Assembly: GCA_036172245.1 (NCBI GenBank)
Contig: JAYWIR010000037.1
Span: forward strand, 1,240,001 to 1,304,000
Origin: Raillietiella orientalis
Taxonomy: Eukaryota
DNA: 64,000 bases
Direction of reading: 5' to 3'
In this document: piece after piece, positions 51,250-63,324 of the stretch
Layout of the letters: each line of letters opens with the position of its first letter
Numbering within the stretch: position 1 is the stretch's first letter
Made by a program: the position numbers and the translations under genes
The notes under the pieces: model-generated
The model's database searches: none
The model's input: only the letters and a program-made list of their open reading frames with translations
Told to the model about the DNA's origin: nothing

Positions 51250-53260
51250 CCTTTGTCGTCGCAGTTTGCAGATGCATGCAACGAATGCAAGAATTCTAAA
51301 AGTTGACTTCAGGGAACACGAATCTTCTCAGCCTCCCATTTCAGCTTTTCATTCACACCAACATAACATTTGAATAGCAGTTTCCCAGGCATTACACTAG
51401 GAGATAAGAGAAGGAGATTGAATTCAAAGACTTTATAAGTTCTCCATGCATTTTTAAGCGTATTTATTGGACTATAGGCAAACTGATGAACAAAATGCTG
51501 CTGATGCAACACGAATTCGCTAATCAGCATCTGTAGGAAATCGATTTCATCCTGCTAAAACTAGAGATCATCGAACACGACCATTGTGAAATAGACAAAT
51601 CTTAGTTAAAGAAGAGTCAACAAGAAGGAATGAAGCTATAGAGGGCTTAAAGGCATGTATTCATCCAGATGCTTGAGGACACTGAACATGTTTGAGACTG
51701 TTCTGGAGAGCAGAGCTATTGTCAGAAAAAGTTTTGAGAACGCAAATTCAGCAAGTAAAGGAGTTTTTGATAGGACGGGTACGACACAAACAGAAGCATG
51801 TGTGCAGTACGGTTGAATTTTCAGAAATAAAAAGGATATTTACTTCCCTCGAAAAAAAAAACCACGCTGAAATCGAAAACTATAGGCAGTTTGATAGTAA
51901 AATATTCTATTAGTAAACGATAGAATTGTTTACGACTCTGCAGATGCAGAAATTCACGTGGATCTTTGCTCGAATAAAAGGAGAGCGAACTGATGCTTGA
52001 TATCATTTCCAAGGTTCCATAAATTCTTAATGACGTCAGCCTTAAAGAGAAATTCCTGCAGAATTAGTATTTCAAGAAGATGACACTGATTTTTGCATGA
52101 GTATGATAGCACATTTGGTTTCCAGTTCCATGTGAAAGAGGAGCTGCATTTTCGGAAAAGTGCTGTAATCCAGATAGGAAATGTAGTGGTTGTCTGCGGA
52201 GCAACGACTCCAAAAGGAAATGCATGCAGGCACAAGCTGCACACAAGAGTGCTGATCGGTAAACTTCTAAAGAAAGCTTTGAACTGCCTTCGAGAAACGA
52301 TGTTCAATTGCGCAAGGACCCTGGATGCTTCGCCCGGGAGACGGTGGCTAAGGGAGACAGTAGATGCTCTAGGTACAAAGGTGTGCGAGTCCAGTCCAAG
52401 AGGACTAATCGATGCACATACCTCCGTTCGTGCCTCCTGGAATTAAAGGGTACTTAAACACCGCCTTTAGCAGACGAATTTAAGAAATTGGCGTGGAAAA
52501 GGAATGGCATGATGACTATACGATCTGCAAACAGCAGCTTTGTTCCAAATGCAAGTTGTAAGACACTTGCACCTTAATTTTTAAAGAGAGTCACAATAGC
52601 AAAAAGCTTCTGAGAAGCAAAAAATATTCGAAACACTTCGAGGATCAAGGTCTAAGGAGAGAAAAGGATTTTCAAAAGTTCCGTTGCCTAATTCCAAGTT
52701 CTCATGCTGATTGCTGATAGGAAGATGAAAACAGATGGAGAACACAAACCTAGTCTCCGATGAATGTGTTTTCTCAAGCATGGATTTACACTCATTCCCA
52801 GGTTTCATGAATTCACCAGTTTGTATTCTGAGATACTTCATGCTATCAGCTGCATGCTTTCTGCCTTACGACAAATAAAAGGCATTGGCATCAACAGTAC
52901 TGCCTTATTTTGAAACATGGATAATGGGTAGTAGGGGTATAGACATGAAACACAATAACTGTGCACAGTGTTCTGTATTTGATTGGACTACTCAAGTCAT
53001 TATGAACTGTCCCCATGTAGACTTGCAACCTAAATGAAGAGACATAGTTGATTACTGTACTTGGAATGCAATCCAGATATACATAAAGGGGAATGTTCTG
53101 GCGAATCACGGCAAATGGCAGCAGTAATGAATGAATTCAGCTCAACCACTCTGAAGACACCTATTTGTTTTAAGCACAGCACAGCATTGCTTCATGATGC
53201 GTTGTTCCTGAAAAGAATGTTAGCTTTGACTCGAGTAATACCTGACGATTAAAAGCACCC
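51250..53260 (+). pseudogene. EVE: orthomyxovirus PB2-like remnant
   Basis: VPM*TCNLNEET*LITVLG at 53006-53068 (cf. influenza PB2 [17 protein letters not shown]), then RGMF, VMNEFS and LFLKR (cf. RGFL, SINELS, LVMKR); upstream FHVKEELHF may be the cap-binding region. The 5' boundary is uncertain. Confidence 0.5.
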
Positions 53261-55149
53261 CAAAGAATGCCAACGAATTTAAAATTTATATAGATAAGTT
53301 CGTTAGCAGTAGACTTTGTTTCTCTGATGTCTCTGTGCCAATTCAAATGTGGTCTTTAATCAGTGGTACCCAAATGAGGCATTCAGTCTTCCTTCATTAG
53401 CACACATCAGATGGACCAGAATCGAACATAATTGTTTACGAAAATGTAACAAAAACTTAATCATTAAGTAGACTACACTTGGTGCATCCCATCTATTAAA
53501 TGCATCTTTTAGTCAAATGCCAAGTTTAGGCTAGTAATAACGAAAAAGCCAGTTTCCTTCCCTATGACATTTTGTGAGCTCCAGAAAATATCTGCTTGTG
53601 GTTTGCAATTTGAGTTATGCTTATCCTAAGGTGACCATCAAATGCATGAAATGCAGATGACACAGCAGCAAATAGGATTGTCATTAAGGAATGTCTGCTG
53701 ACTCTCGAAATGAAGGAAAGTAATGCTTCCTTCTTCTATACATATTTCGACATCAAGTAACGAAGAAGGTGCAGATGATTCGAATTTTCTCAGGAGACCT
53801 ACGAACTCATCTATCTTTACCACGTGTGACTGTAGTAAAGATCACCACGAGCAACGAGCTGGAAGATCTTTTCGATAAACACCAAAACGCTTCCTCTTGT
53901 CAAACACATGGAGGAGTGGTTTGTTTAAAACAGAACAAAAATTGGGAACTGAAGCAACATGAGCGAAACACGGAATTTCACACTTCATTTTCTTGCAAAG
54001 GATGCCGTTCTTTAGCAACCTCTTCTCCGAATGGATGCTCCGGTCACTTCCCAAGTTTGGAAGTTCTTTTGCTTCTTCCCTTCCCTCAGCTTTGCTTTCC
54101 AGTCTACGTATCACCCCGAAGACTTAGCTTAGCATCTTGTTCAGCCACATCCTGTTGCTGTAATACTGTTATACTAATACTTCACAGTCCTTTCGTTATT
54201 CCTGAATTGAACTGAATTGATCAATAGACGTATAAGATTTTCTCAATTGGGTAGAAAAATGCTAAGGAATTCGGAGGAATTCATGGTTCCTTTGAATTTC
54301 TCAACGATGCACAGTAAAACCTCCTGTAGTGAACCAGCTCTCGATATGAGGGTTTAATTGAACTTCGGTAGCATTTTTCTCACTTTCAGCAATGGACTAC
54401 TTTCGACCGATGCAGCGTCATCGAGAGAATGGAGGAAACAAATCTTTTTGTAGGTGCAGGTTTATCGGTTCCCACCATGCAATACTGTCTTACCATCGGA
54501 AACTAGATCTTCATTCAAGGCACCGTGTCCATGCTACAACTGGCAATGGCACTTGGGAACCTTTTGAAGTATTCCTCTCAAAATCATCACCCGATCCAGT
54601 GATCCAGAAAGCGAGTTCATTCAGTTTGGGGGTTTCTTGCTGAAAGGAAGAACTGATCGTAGTTCGGTGGTGCGCGACCAGTAATTAACGAGCAGCTGTG
54701 ATTCTCAGAGTTGTTTCCGAAAGTTCCCCAAAGCAAGTTTGAGGTTTGAGTTTATCACTAAGGCAAGCTGAACCTCCAAAGGAAAAATTTCCAGGAATTC
54801 AGTCTGGTTAACTGAATTTTTGTAAGCAGAGATTGCGCTCTGACATACCATTGGGAAGTTCTCATGTCGCCAATTCATGCTTACGGTTGCCTCACTGAGT
54901 GAAAAATAAAAACCCCATAGGAAGATCGTAGGAATTTATATGTGACTGGGTTCGAGAAATTTGAGGATACAAATCTTGCCGTCGACCTCATGAAAAGTGA
55001 AACGGCTACTGAAACAGAAAGCTAGGAGGAGATGTAAATAGCACGCGTTTCGTCTCAATGAAGAGTATTTTTGCATTTCACCTCAACGGCAGAAAAAAAG
55101 AAAAAATGTGCTTTACCCCAAATAAATTAATAGCCGGTTCCAAACCAAC

Positions 55150-56520
55150 TGCCTCAAACACCATTTTCTTTGCCGTGTGCTCACGAAAGGCTACTTATGC
55201 CTATTACTGTTGCTCTCCGATGAGCTTAGCTTAACAAGAGACCATTACACTGGACAACTGAGTTATTGCTTTGCTTCCTCGAAGAATACGAGAATTTAGG
55301 AGCAAGATTCCCCGACGTTTTCGACTGCTTCTCTACTGAGTTCCTGTATTAGCTCCTGAGTTCGTGAGATAAATTGGTATGCAAGACCAAATACACACCG
55401 ATACATTGCCATGTTGAGTGTTATTTAGTTCCACCACATGAATTAGGGACTGCAAATCGCTGGAAGTTACCTTTTCCACTCTCACTTCTCAGACTGTTAG
55501 TATTTGCACCTTTCTCATAGCCACAGCCTTCATTCAGGCATCTTTCAAGACCCTTTTTTTCCACCATCGTGAGCCTCCTTGAGGAGAACTTACCATTCGT
55601 TGCTTTTTGATTGGAATCTTCACTGTTGGTTGGTTCGTGTCTTTTAAGTGGGTAGCTCGAACGAAGCATTTCTTCTGAATCTCGAGAGCCCAGATATTGC
55701 CAGGTATCGCACAGGCAAGTTTATTCTCATACTAAGAAAGAAATTTAGCATTCTTGTACACGTTTCGTCAATCAGGCATTTATCAGGAATTTTTGCAATG
55801 GGATCTCAGCAAGGCGAGCTGCGAATTCCTTCGGATTTCCTGCATACCCTGCCAGCCTCTTTTTATTGTGGTTACTCAACAAGGGCAGCTCATTAAAACT
55901 TCTATGTCATCGGATTATGATCAATGGAGCCAAACCCAAATGTTCCTGCTTGCCTGTCCATGTCCCAGAAAGCACACCCGAATGAGCTACACAGCACCAC
56001 ATTCAAGTTTCCCAATCATCGGACTGACGTGACTTTCATCTATCAGAATTTTGGTCCCCAAATGCACGTTTTCAGGTCATTGCCATCCGGCTATCAGCCT
56101 TTTTGAGATTGTCAGCAGACATGAGGGATTTTGCTGAATTTTTGGAAATTTGTAGATTGCGGTGGAAGGAAAGTTTGCGTGGCACTATAAATCTAGTTTT
56201 AGTAATAGAATCTTGGCTGTTCATCTACATAGGCTATTTCCTCATCTCCTTGCCACAGAACGAAATTTGCATCTTTCCTTTTGGCACTGAATTATAAGAG
56301 GGAGAAGAAAAAAAATAGATAGTATTCGAATATCCGATGCCTAGCAAGAAATTTCTAGGAATGTTGTCTTCCTGTGTATCATATTCGGATGAGTATGCGT
56401 GTTCTTCCAAACAGAGTTTCTCGAGGCAAGGAGATGATGGAGAAGTCAGTTTCTGTAAAAGCGAATGAGTTGCTATGGATCGCAGGGCAACCACTTGTGA
56501 TTACCAAATTTTGCCCTTCT
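55150..56520 (-). pseudogene. EVE: orthomyxovirus PB1 RdRp, quaranjavirus-like motifs
   Basis: RSIATHS (cf. RRAIAT/S) and TQEDNIPRN (motif A) in ORF 56234..56494, SPMIGKL (motif B), S*SDD at 55906-55914 (motif C), YKNAKFLS*YENKLACAIPG at 55700-55760 (cf. YQDGKFVSQYG...RP), QGGSRWW (cf. SDGG.N.W). Confidence 0.65.
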
Positions 56521-56699
56521 GATTTTTTCCCATAAAAAGAGCAACGTTCGCAGAACACTGAATTGTTTCCTCCCTCTCCAAGAAAAGCTCAAGTTCATAC
56601 ATATTTGTTTATTCTGCTTATTCATACCTGTATGCCTTTTTTTTTTTCCTTTTCAAAGATTTTTTTTCCCTTTTCAAATGAATAGCAAATTGCTGCCGT

Positions 56700-59300
56700 A
56701 GCAAATTGCTGTTGTAGCAAGCGATCGCGTCGTTTGAGTAGAATGTCTCGCTTTGAGTACGAGACGGCAAAAATTGGTTACTCTACCTTGTACCATCAAA
56801 CTGGAAATGCACTTCCCGTATGGAATCGAATGCGATTTTTGGAGCTATCGTGGAAAGTTCTCGAACATGGTTACAAGAACTCATTTCAACTGCTGTTTTT
56901 TCTCATCAGAAATTTAGAAGAAAAATTTAAAAGAAAATGTGGAAAGTTGGAGTTTTGATCTTTAAAAGACGACCTGGTGCAAAGTGCACCGTCACCTCAC
57001 CTGCAGTTATGATTAAAAGCTCCATGAAGAGCAGCATCATTTCTTCATTGGATCACAAGTCGGATGTGCGTGACTGTCAGTACACCAGGATGAATGAGCA
57101 AGCTCTTCGTCGCTTGCTAGCACGCAAAAGATCATTGGGCTTTTTGTCGATAGGAAACTTTCGTCGGAAACGAGTCGTTGGGCTCTCAGACGGACAGCTG
57201 AGTTCCGGAGTCGGGCGTCGGACCTCAACTGTCATAGAAGTAGAGACTCGAGGACCGAGTTCATCGCTTGATTTCCATTGCAGCCTCTACTTGAAATCGA
57301 CATCTCATTCATCAGCCCGAATGAACAGCTTTTAGGAAATGGAAACACAAGGCACCCAAGCTCCCGTCAGGAATCCAGGCTATTCGTCTACAATATAATG
57401 GGAAAACTGGAGTCACAAGGCACAATGTAGTATTTGGGCGATTGATGGAGGATATGATCTCAGATTGCATCTCATGAAGGTAGGCTGCAGTGTCTCCGGG
57501 AAAGAACCCCCCAAAAACGCTCTTTTCCTTCCAAGTGTTACGTAGACAGAATTTGCACTGCCAGTAAAGATACTTTCAGAACAAGGAGACCTCTCTTTGC
57601 TATACAAGAAATACGTTAGAGGATCGACAGCTTTTCTGTAAAAGATGTTGTGCAAAAGAAGTGCAAGTGTGCTTTCCCGCCTTCCTGGATGAGCATTTTT
57701 GATACTGAGATGCAAGTCATGATCAAGTCTCTAGATGGACAAGAGCACAGACTCCTAAGTTCTGACCCGACTCCCGAGCTGTAGATTCGGGGAGTCTGTG
57801 TGAAACTGTTTTCGTTGGGTATTGTGTAAAGTTTTCAATCCCTCTTTGAGATTTTTCGCTAATTCTAGTGCCACCAATTATTTGACGTCTTTATGGAATG
57901 AGAAAAGAACTTAAATAGGCCGACAGAACACACATCTAATTAGGTGCTGGCAATATCGAAACAGTAATGATTTTTTGGTGTGCAGTGAATATCTATCAGC
58001 ATTGAGGAATAAGAAAAGCAGCTAAAATAATGGATGCTGAGAAAAAGTGAAAGCGATGAGGACTTTCTAGAACCGGAATGAGAATCCGCATACATTACTC
58101 GTGTGCAAGTAAGACAGATTTGGGATTTAAAAGACAGCAAATATGTAGTACAAGTGTGTGGCTGGCACAGATTCGATGGAAAGTTGCATGCTCCCTCTGC
58201 ATATGACGAATACGTCTTTTGTGTTATGCTTCAGTTCCCATCAGAAGTTGCTGGTAGCATGAAACCTTTCCCATAACTGGTTATTGTCTAACTACAGACT
58301 TCCCCACACTTTTCACGTTTGGAGAAGGCTGAATCAAAAAGTGCTTCGAGTTTGAAGAAAGGGTGCACCTTTGTCAGAATGCATCGAATTCGTGTGCTCA
58401 AAGAGTTCAGATCAAAATATTGTCGGAAATCAAAAACGTTTAGTAAAATGTATTCCTTTGCTACGTTGTTTATGAGTCTATATATATGCTGCGGCAAATT
58501 ATTATTATAATGTTAATTCCGAAGGGAAGAACCTTCTTGCGTTTACAAGAGCTAATTCCCCAATATTTCTAAAAATTAGTTTCATTTCCTAAAAGCCGAT
58601 TTAAAGTGAGAAATCCCATTTTAGAATGGTTTCCAGGACTGCGGGTTTGGAATTATTGCTTTTCTGGGATGTGAGATAAGGCAGTGGAAGAAAGAGAAAT
58701 GGTTGCAGAAAATCATAGTACTACTGCATTCCTTTCCAGCAATGATCACATCAGGAATAGTAATGCTCTGCAGTGAAAAATAATATTCAGAAAAAGACTT
58801 CCGTTGGTAAGGAAAAAGAGATCATGATTGATCCTTGACGCAGAGACAAGGTGAAGGATGCTCCGACGAGATTCGAGATGAGCATGCTGCTAGGGGGGTA
58901 TTACCGCAAAATCAGATCTGCTTCAGGTGCTCATCTTAAACCAAAGAGTGTCCAATGCTACCACGAGGGTGGAGGAAATAATACCAGACAAGAATCATTC
59001 AGTGACAGCGCTGAAAGCGAATTCGGAACGCATGTGAGAAGTGGCAACGAAAAAAAGGAGCTGATCTCAGAACTCACCTCTGCGGCAAAGCTTCCAAGTT
59101 TTCTTGCTTCCCTGTCAATCTTATTCGTTCAAAGTTTCGTTTCCTGGAGCGCAATGTTCCCAGTTTCTTCCCCGCTTAAACAACTTGGAACAATAGACGT
59201 GGCAAGGCGGCGGTACTACAAATTTGTGCTCCATGAATAGTAAAGCAGAAGGGTTTTTCCGACTCGTGCATTTTCTTAGACATGGGTTTCTGGATTGAAC
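56700..59300 (-). pseudogene. EVE: L protein RdRp through capping domain
   Basis: EMKLIF..NARRFFPSELTL, ILLNVFDFRQY..VHPFFKLEALFD (motif A; ORF 58288..58497), AEGACN (motif B), LELAKNLK, LLHNIFYRKAVDPLTYFL (ORF 57413..57715), LAHSSW (ORF 57037..57228), TGSAF. Confidence 0.72.
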
Positions 59301-59649
59301 TCGCTGTCTCAGCGAATTTTGAGCCGTAGAAACATAGAAGTTCTTCGTTTCTCACACACCGTGCCAGTCAAAGTATAGACTGGCACTCTTGTTAACCAGG
59401 GTTTGAAAACTGAGATGAGAGATAGGCTCTAAAACATGAATCCAGATGCAGTCCATACGATGTATGGTATAAGAGCTTATTTTCAGTTCAAAAAATAACT
59501 ACAAACAGGTAAAACCCCAACTTTCTAACGATAACCTTGCGTATTATAAATTTAGCGTCAGAATGGATAATACTGTTTTCGAATTTTTTAATCGCCCTTG
59601 AAGACAGAGAGCAGTAATGAGCAAAGACCAACACTGTAGACGTCTACTC

Positions 59650-60650
59650 TTCAATTTACGTGAAACTTGGCGATTCCCTGTCTCTTATCATATTGACAAA
59701 AATTGTCATTCTGTCTAAATCAAATAGGCAAAGGATTTCAGCCTTGTACGATGTGTTTTTTTTTTCGAAATGCCTTCAGTTTTCTCTGTTGATCTACTTG
59801 TTTCTCCAAGAATGATTTTTCTCATTTGATGGAAAACAAGGAAGGATTTGTATACACCCAAAATACCGTTTTTAATCGTATACGTAAATATGGGATTTTC
59901 TACTCATCAACTGTTGCGGAATAATGACTGGGATTTTTTATACGACCAGGGATTTTTTCATTTTTTTTTCGCAACTCTGAAACAATTAATAGGAATAGGG
60001 AGCTTCAGAGACACGACATCATATGCTTTGAGTTTCTCAATTTGCCACTGAATAGGTTCTTGTCATCCCATTCAGTACAGTATGCATCACATAGTGTCTC
60101 TTGTATTTTCTGGCACCAAGGGTACTTCCGAATTGATTGAATTTCTCAATGGTGAAAGATTAGCCCCCGATTCCGTACATTCCAAACGAAATTTTTTGGA
60201 TTGTGATTATTCAAACGAACTCCTTATGAAATCCAGGTACAAAATGTTCCACTGCTCACTTTTCAGCAAAAGCTCCTCTCCACATCTCAAACAGTCTACC
60301 AGCACTAACAGAGTTTGGAGATTTCTAAAAGCTTCCCTACTGAATGACACCCAAAGTCTTCGTCAAGAAATTGTTTTTTCAGCAGTTGCATGATTGCCAA
60401 CTTTGTTTGAGACACTTTTCTCAGTAACAAAGGAATAAATCCAGTTGACTCTGAGATAACACTCTGCTCGTGAGAGTCATCAAATTCCAGAAATTAAGAT
60501 CAAGGGGGAGACAAATGAATGTTTAGGATATTTCAGAATCTCCTACAATGAAAAAGCAATGACTGATCTTGCTTGTAAATAGATAATCAAGACGATAGAT
60601 GACCAAGAACACCGAGTCCACTTGTTCCAACTGCCCCAGCGGCAACAAGT
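59650..60650 (-). pseudogene. Possible second PB2-like EVE
   Basis: VENPIFTYTIKNGILGVYK at 59847-59903 (cf. [20 protein letters not shown]); VPGFHKEF upstream (cf. YSGFVRTLF). Confidence 0.35.
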
Positions 60651-61049
60651 AAAACAACCATTAACGTTTCCCTAATATTCATTTTTTCAATTCCTTTCTT
60701 AGCCTTACTTAAGCAGTGGCCACCCATCCTTTCAGAAGAAAATTTCATTTTAAGTTAGATAACTTTAAGTAAATTATGACTTATTTTTCTAATAAACTTT
60801 AAAGATTTTACCAATCATTTCTAATGTTCCGATTTTTCACAAATTTCCTTTTCTAAATATTCATCTTCTATTCTTCGTAATAAACCATATTTAGAGAGAT
60901 ATTTTCTACATTTAAAAAATATTATTATTCTACCAATAAATAATGGAACAATAGTTTTTATTAATATTACAATAGCAAAACCACTTTTTTTTGGAATTGG
61001 ATTATCATTATCAACCGTGTCTTTTCTTGTTTTTTCTCGAGTATGTTTA

Positions 61050-61195
61050 TTTGCAATTCAATGAAAAGCATTTCCTAATTGACCAACCAAACTCATTGAT
61101 GCTAAGGAAGTATGACTAATATTAGCAATAACATTACTTGTTCCATAAGAATTAATGAAATTTGTTCCCCCTAATCTAAAAAAGTATTTTATAAA
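61050..61195 (-). pseudogene. Membrane transporter fragment (MATE-like), code 4
   Basis: YFFRLGGTNFINSYGTSNVIANISHTSLASMSLVGQLGNAFH(W)IA. Confidence 0.3.
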
Positions 61196-61439
61196 GTAAA
61201 ACAAAATAAATTAGTAAATGTTCGGATTAATTAACGTCATTCATAAATATTGAAGTGCTAATAATTTAGTTTATTTCATTCAATTGGCATTCTATCATCA
61301 AAAAAGAATATTGATAATTTACTTCGTTGTCGCATAATTTCACTCCGTCCTAAATGTTAGTTTTGTGTAATTGTTTTCTTTTAGTTCAACCAACAACCCT
61401 TAACCACAACCCTTTCTACCCTATGTGTTATTTTAGGCG

Positions 61440-61820
61440 CTATGTTACCTTTTTATTACGTAAAATCTTTGAATCGCGTATTTTACCTAAATTGAGATTC
61501 TCACACATTTCTACTGTTTTATTATTTGGGTCTCACTCTAATCTATAAGCATTTGAAGCATCAGCATAAAAAATATCTGACAAATAATCACGATTATCTG
61601 CATCTACAAATACATTGGTTCCATAAAAAACAGTACAAGCCCTTTCAATCATATAATGATAATTATTATCATGTGCATTAAATCTATATGATGGATTAGG
61701 AACAAAAGCACAAGTATCAACAATTTCTCAATCTAAACCACCATTACTAGGTATCTCACCACTATCTAATAATGAATTACCACGAATAGTTTTAATATTT
61801 GTTCCGTTTATAATGTTGGT
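61440..61820 (-). pseudogene. Phage tail-fibre-like C-terminal fragment, code 4
   Basis: About 125 open codons if TGA=Trp; begins NGTNIKTIRGNSLLDSGEI (the GTNIKTING.SLLG.G motif of phage tail fibres), has two internal TGA and no TGG, and ends TAG at 61440. Confidence 0.65.
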
Positions 61821-62163
61821 TGATCATATTTATAAAGTTGGTGCTATCTTTGGAGCAAATGCTACTAGTTTAGGTTTTACTACTTTTTTAACAGATAAAT
61901 TAGAAGGTAATGTTTTAAATAAAGATGGAAATACAACAGAAGAATTGGTTTCTTCAACTTTTAATGTAAAACAAAAAATGAAAAATCGAATCGAATTTAT
62001 TTAATTAATGAAAAGCACGAGCAGTAGATGCACAAACACCCGTTAGTGATAGTGAAAAAGATCCTGATTTAGAGTTTATACAAACACCAGATGAAGTAAA
62101 TTGTAGTTATATTACTGATATGTTTTCAATTCAAGCCTTATATAGACGTGATTTCGAAATTAA

Positions 62164-62418
62164 TTTTTATGCTGATCATACATATACAATTTTCGTGAAA
62201 AATTTTGGAAAATTGAATGATTAGTTGGTGATAAGGATAAACAAATTCGTCAATCAGATAAATATTATACTTATGTTGAAAATATTCGTGGCAAAAAAAA
62301 GCAAGAAAAAAATCCCATTTTAACTGAATATAATGCAATGTTAAAATACCATGAAAGTCATTATGTTATTATTGAAAAATGAATAAAAGAAATGAAAAAA
62401 GGTGAAGTATCAACATAA
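62164..62418 (+). pseudogene. Hypothetical protein C-terminal fragment, code 4
   Basis: 85-codon frame with three TGA (62173, 62218, 62380), ending EK(W)IKEMKKGEVST-TAA. Confidence 0.5.
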
Positions 62419-62447
62419 CGGGAAAAAAAAGAGAAAATAAAACTAAT

Positions 62448-62875
62448 TTAGAACGAAATACCATCACTAGTTACTTCCCCTGTGAAAATATTTGAAAGTT
62501 CAGACATTGATGCAAGACTACTTTCAGTGATTGTTCCTTGTTCATTTTGAGCACCACTAGTTCCTGGTTGATTCCCAACAAATACTGCAATTTGCTTTTC
62601 TCTATCTTTCACCCTTTGCAGTCTTCCTTTTATTTTGTCATATATGCCACCTTTTTTAGCTCTAGCTTCTATTTTTTTAATTTGATCTAATCTTTCTTGT
62701 TTTGTGTTCTTCACGTTTTCTTATTTCTTTTCCTTTATTGTTTGTTGTTTCTTCTTTCAACTTTTCATTTTTCAAGTTCTTTATCTGCTTGTGTGAATAT
62801 ATCACCTGCAATTGCACTTGGAATTGCTCCAGCTACAATTGCTGCACTTATTAATTCTAAAATCATCATCATAGT
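62448..62875 (-). pseudogene. Hypothetical protein with hydrophobic N-terminus, frameshifted, code 4
   Basis: MMMILELISAAIVAGAIPSAIAGDIFTQADKELEK(W)KVE, then a shift into ORF 62448..62714. Confidence 0.4.
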
Positions 62876-63324
62876 TATCTATTATCCTTTCATATTAAAT
62901 TAGATCTCTTTATAGAGATATAATACCCATGAGGATAATAATATATTTTTTTATTTTTTATTTGTAAAATCTTGATAATAAATAGTTATTATAGATTATA
63001 TTATAGATAACCTTTCACATTTTGTAAAGTAGATTGCTTCTTAATGATTATTTTTTTCTTTTCTACCAGTTAATTCTGCTGCTTGTTGATTTGCATATGT
63101 TCGAGGTTGTTCCCATTTTGTTTTGCATCTTGAAATTATTATAAATTTGGCAAATATAAATATAGAAGTAAAAAAATTAACTGACACTGTTAATCTTGCA
63201 AATCGCAATCTTGCTAATCCAATTTAAATATTGTAAAGATATTGATATTTTAAGAAATAAAATTGTTGAATATAATAAAAACATTGAAAACACAACAAAA
63301 CAAAAACAATAGTTTATTAATAAA

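Noticed and set aside
9953..51290. ATGCATGC-like words near several junctions (about 9955, 17450, 27825, 40822, 51272) as an integration motif
   Set aside because: TGCA/CATG words are common throughout the window, including inside blocks; enrichment cannot be shown by eye.
379..60393. ORF-track entries as functional genes
   Set aside because: All are short. Most are antisense or off-frame to the recognisable decayed coding sequence, and the meaningful ones are stop- or frameshift-bounded parts of pseudogenes.
61813..62004. AAA ATPase Walker A (KVGAIFGANATS)
   Set aside because: The GKS residues are missing and the downstream sequence does not continue the fold; at most a tiny fragment within the mosaic.
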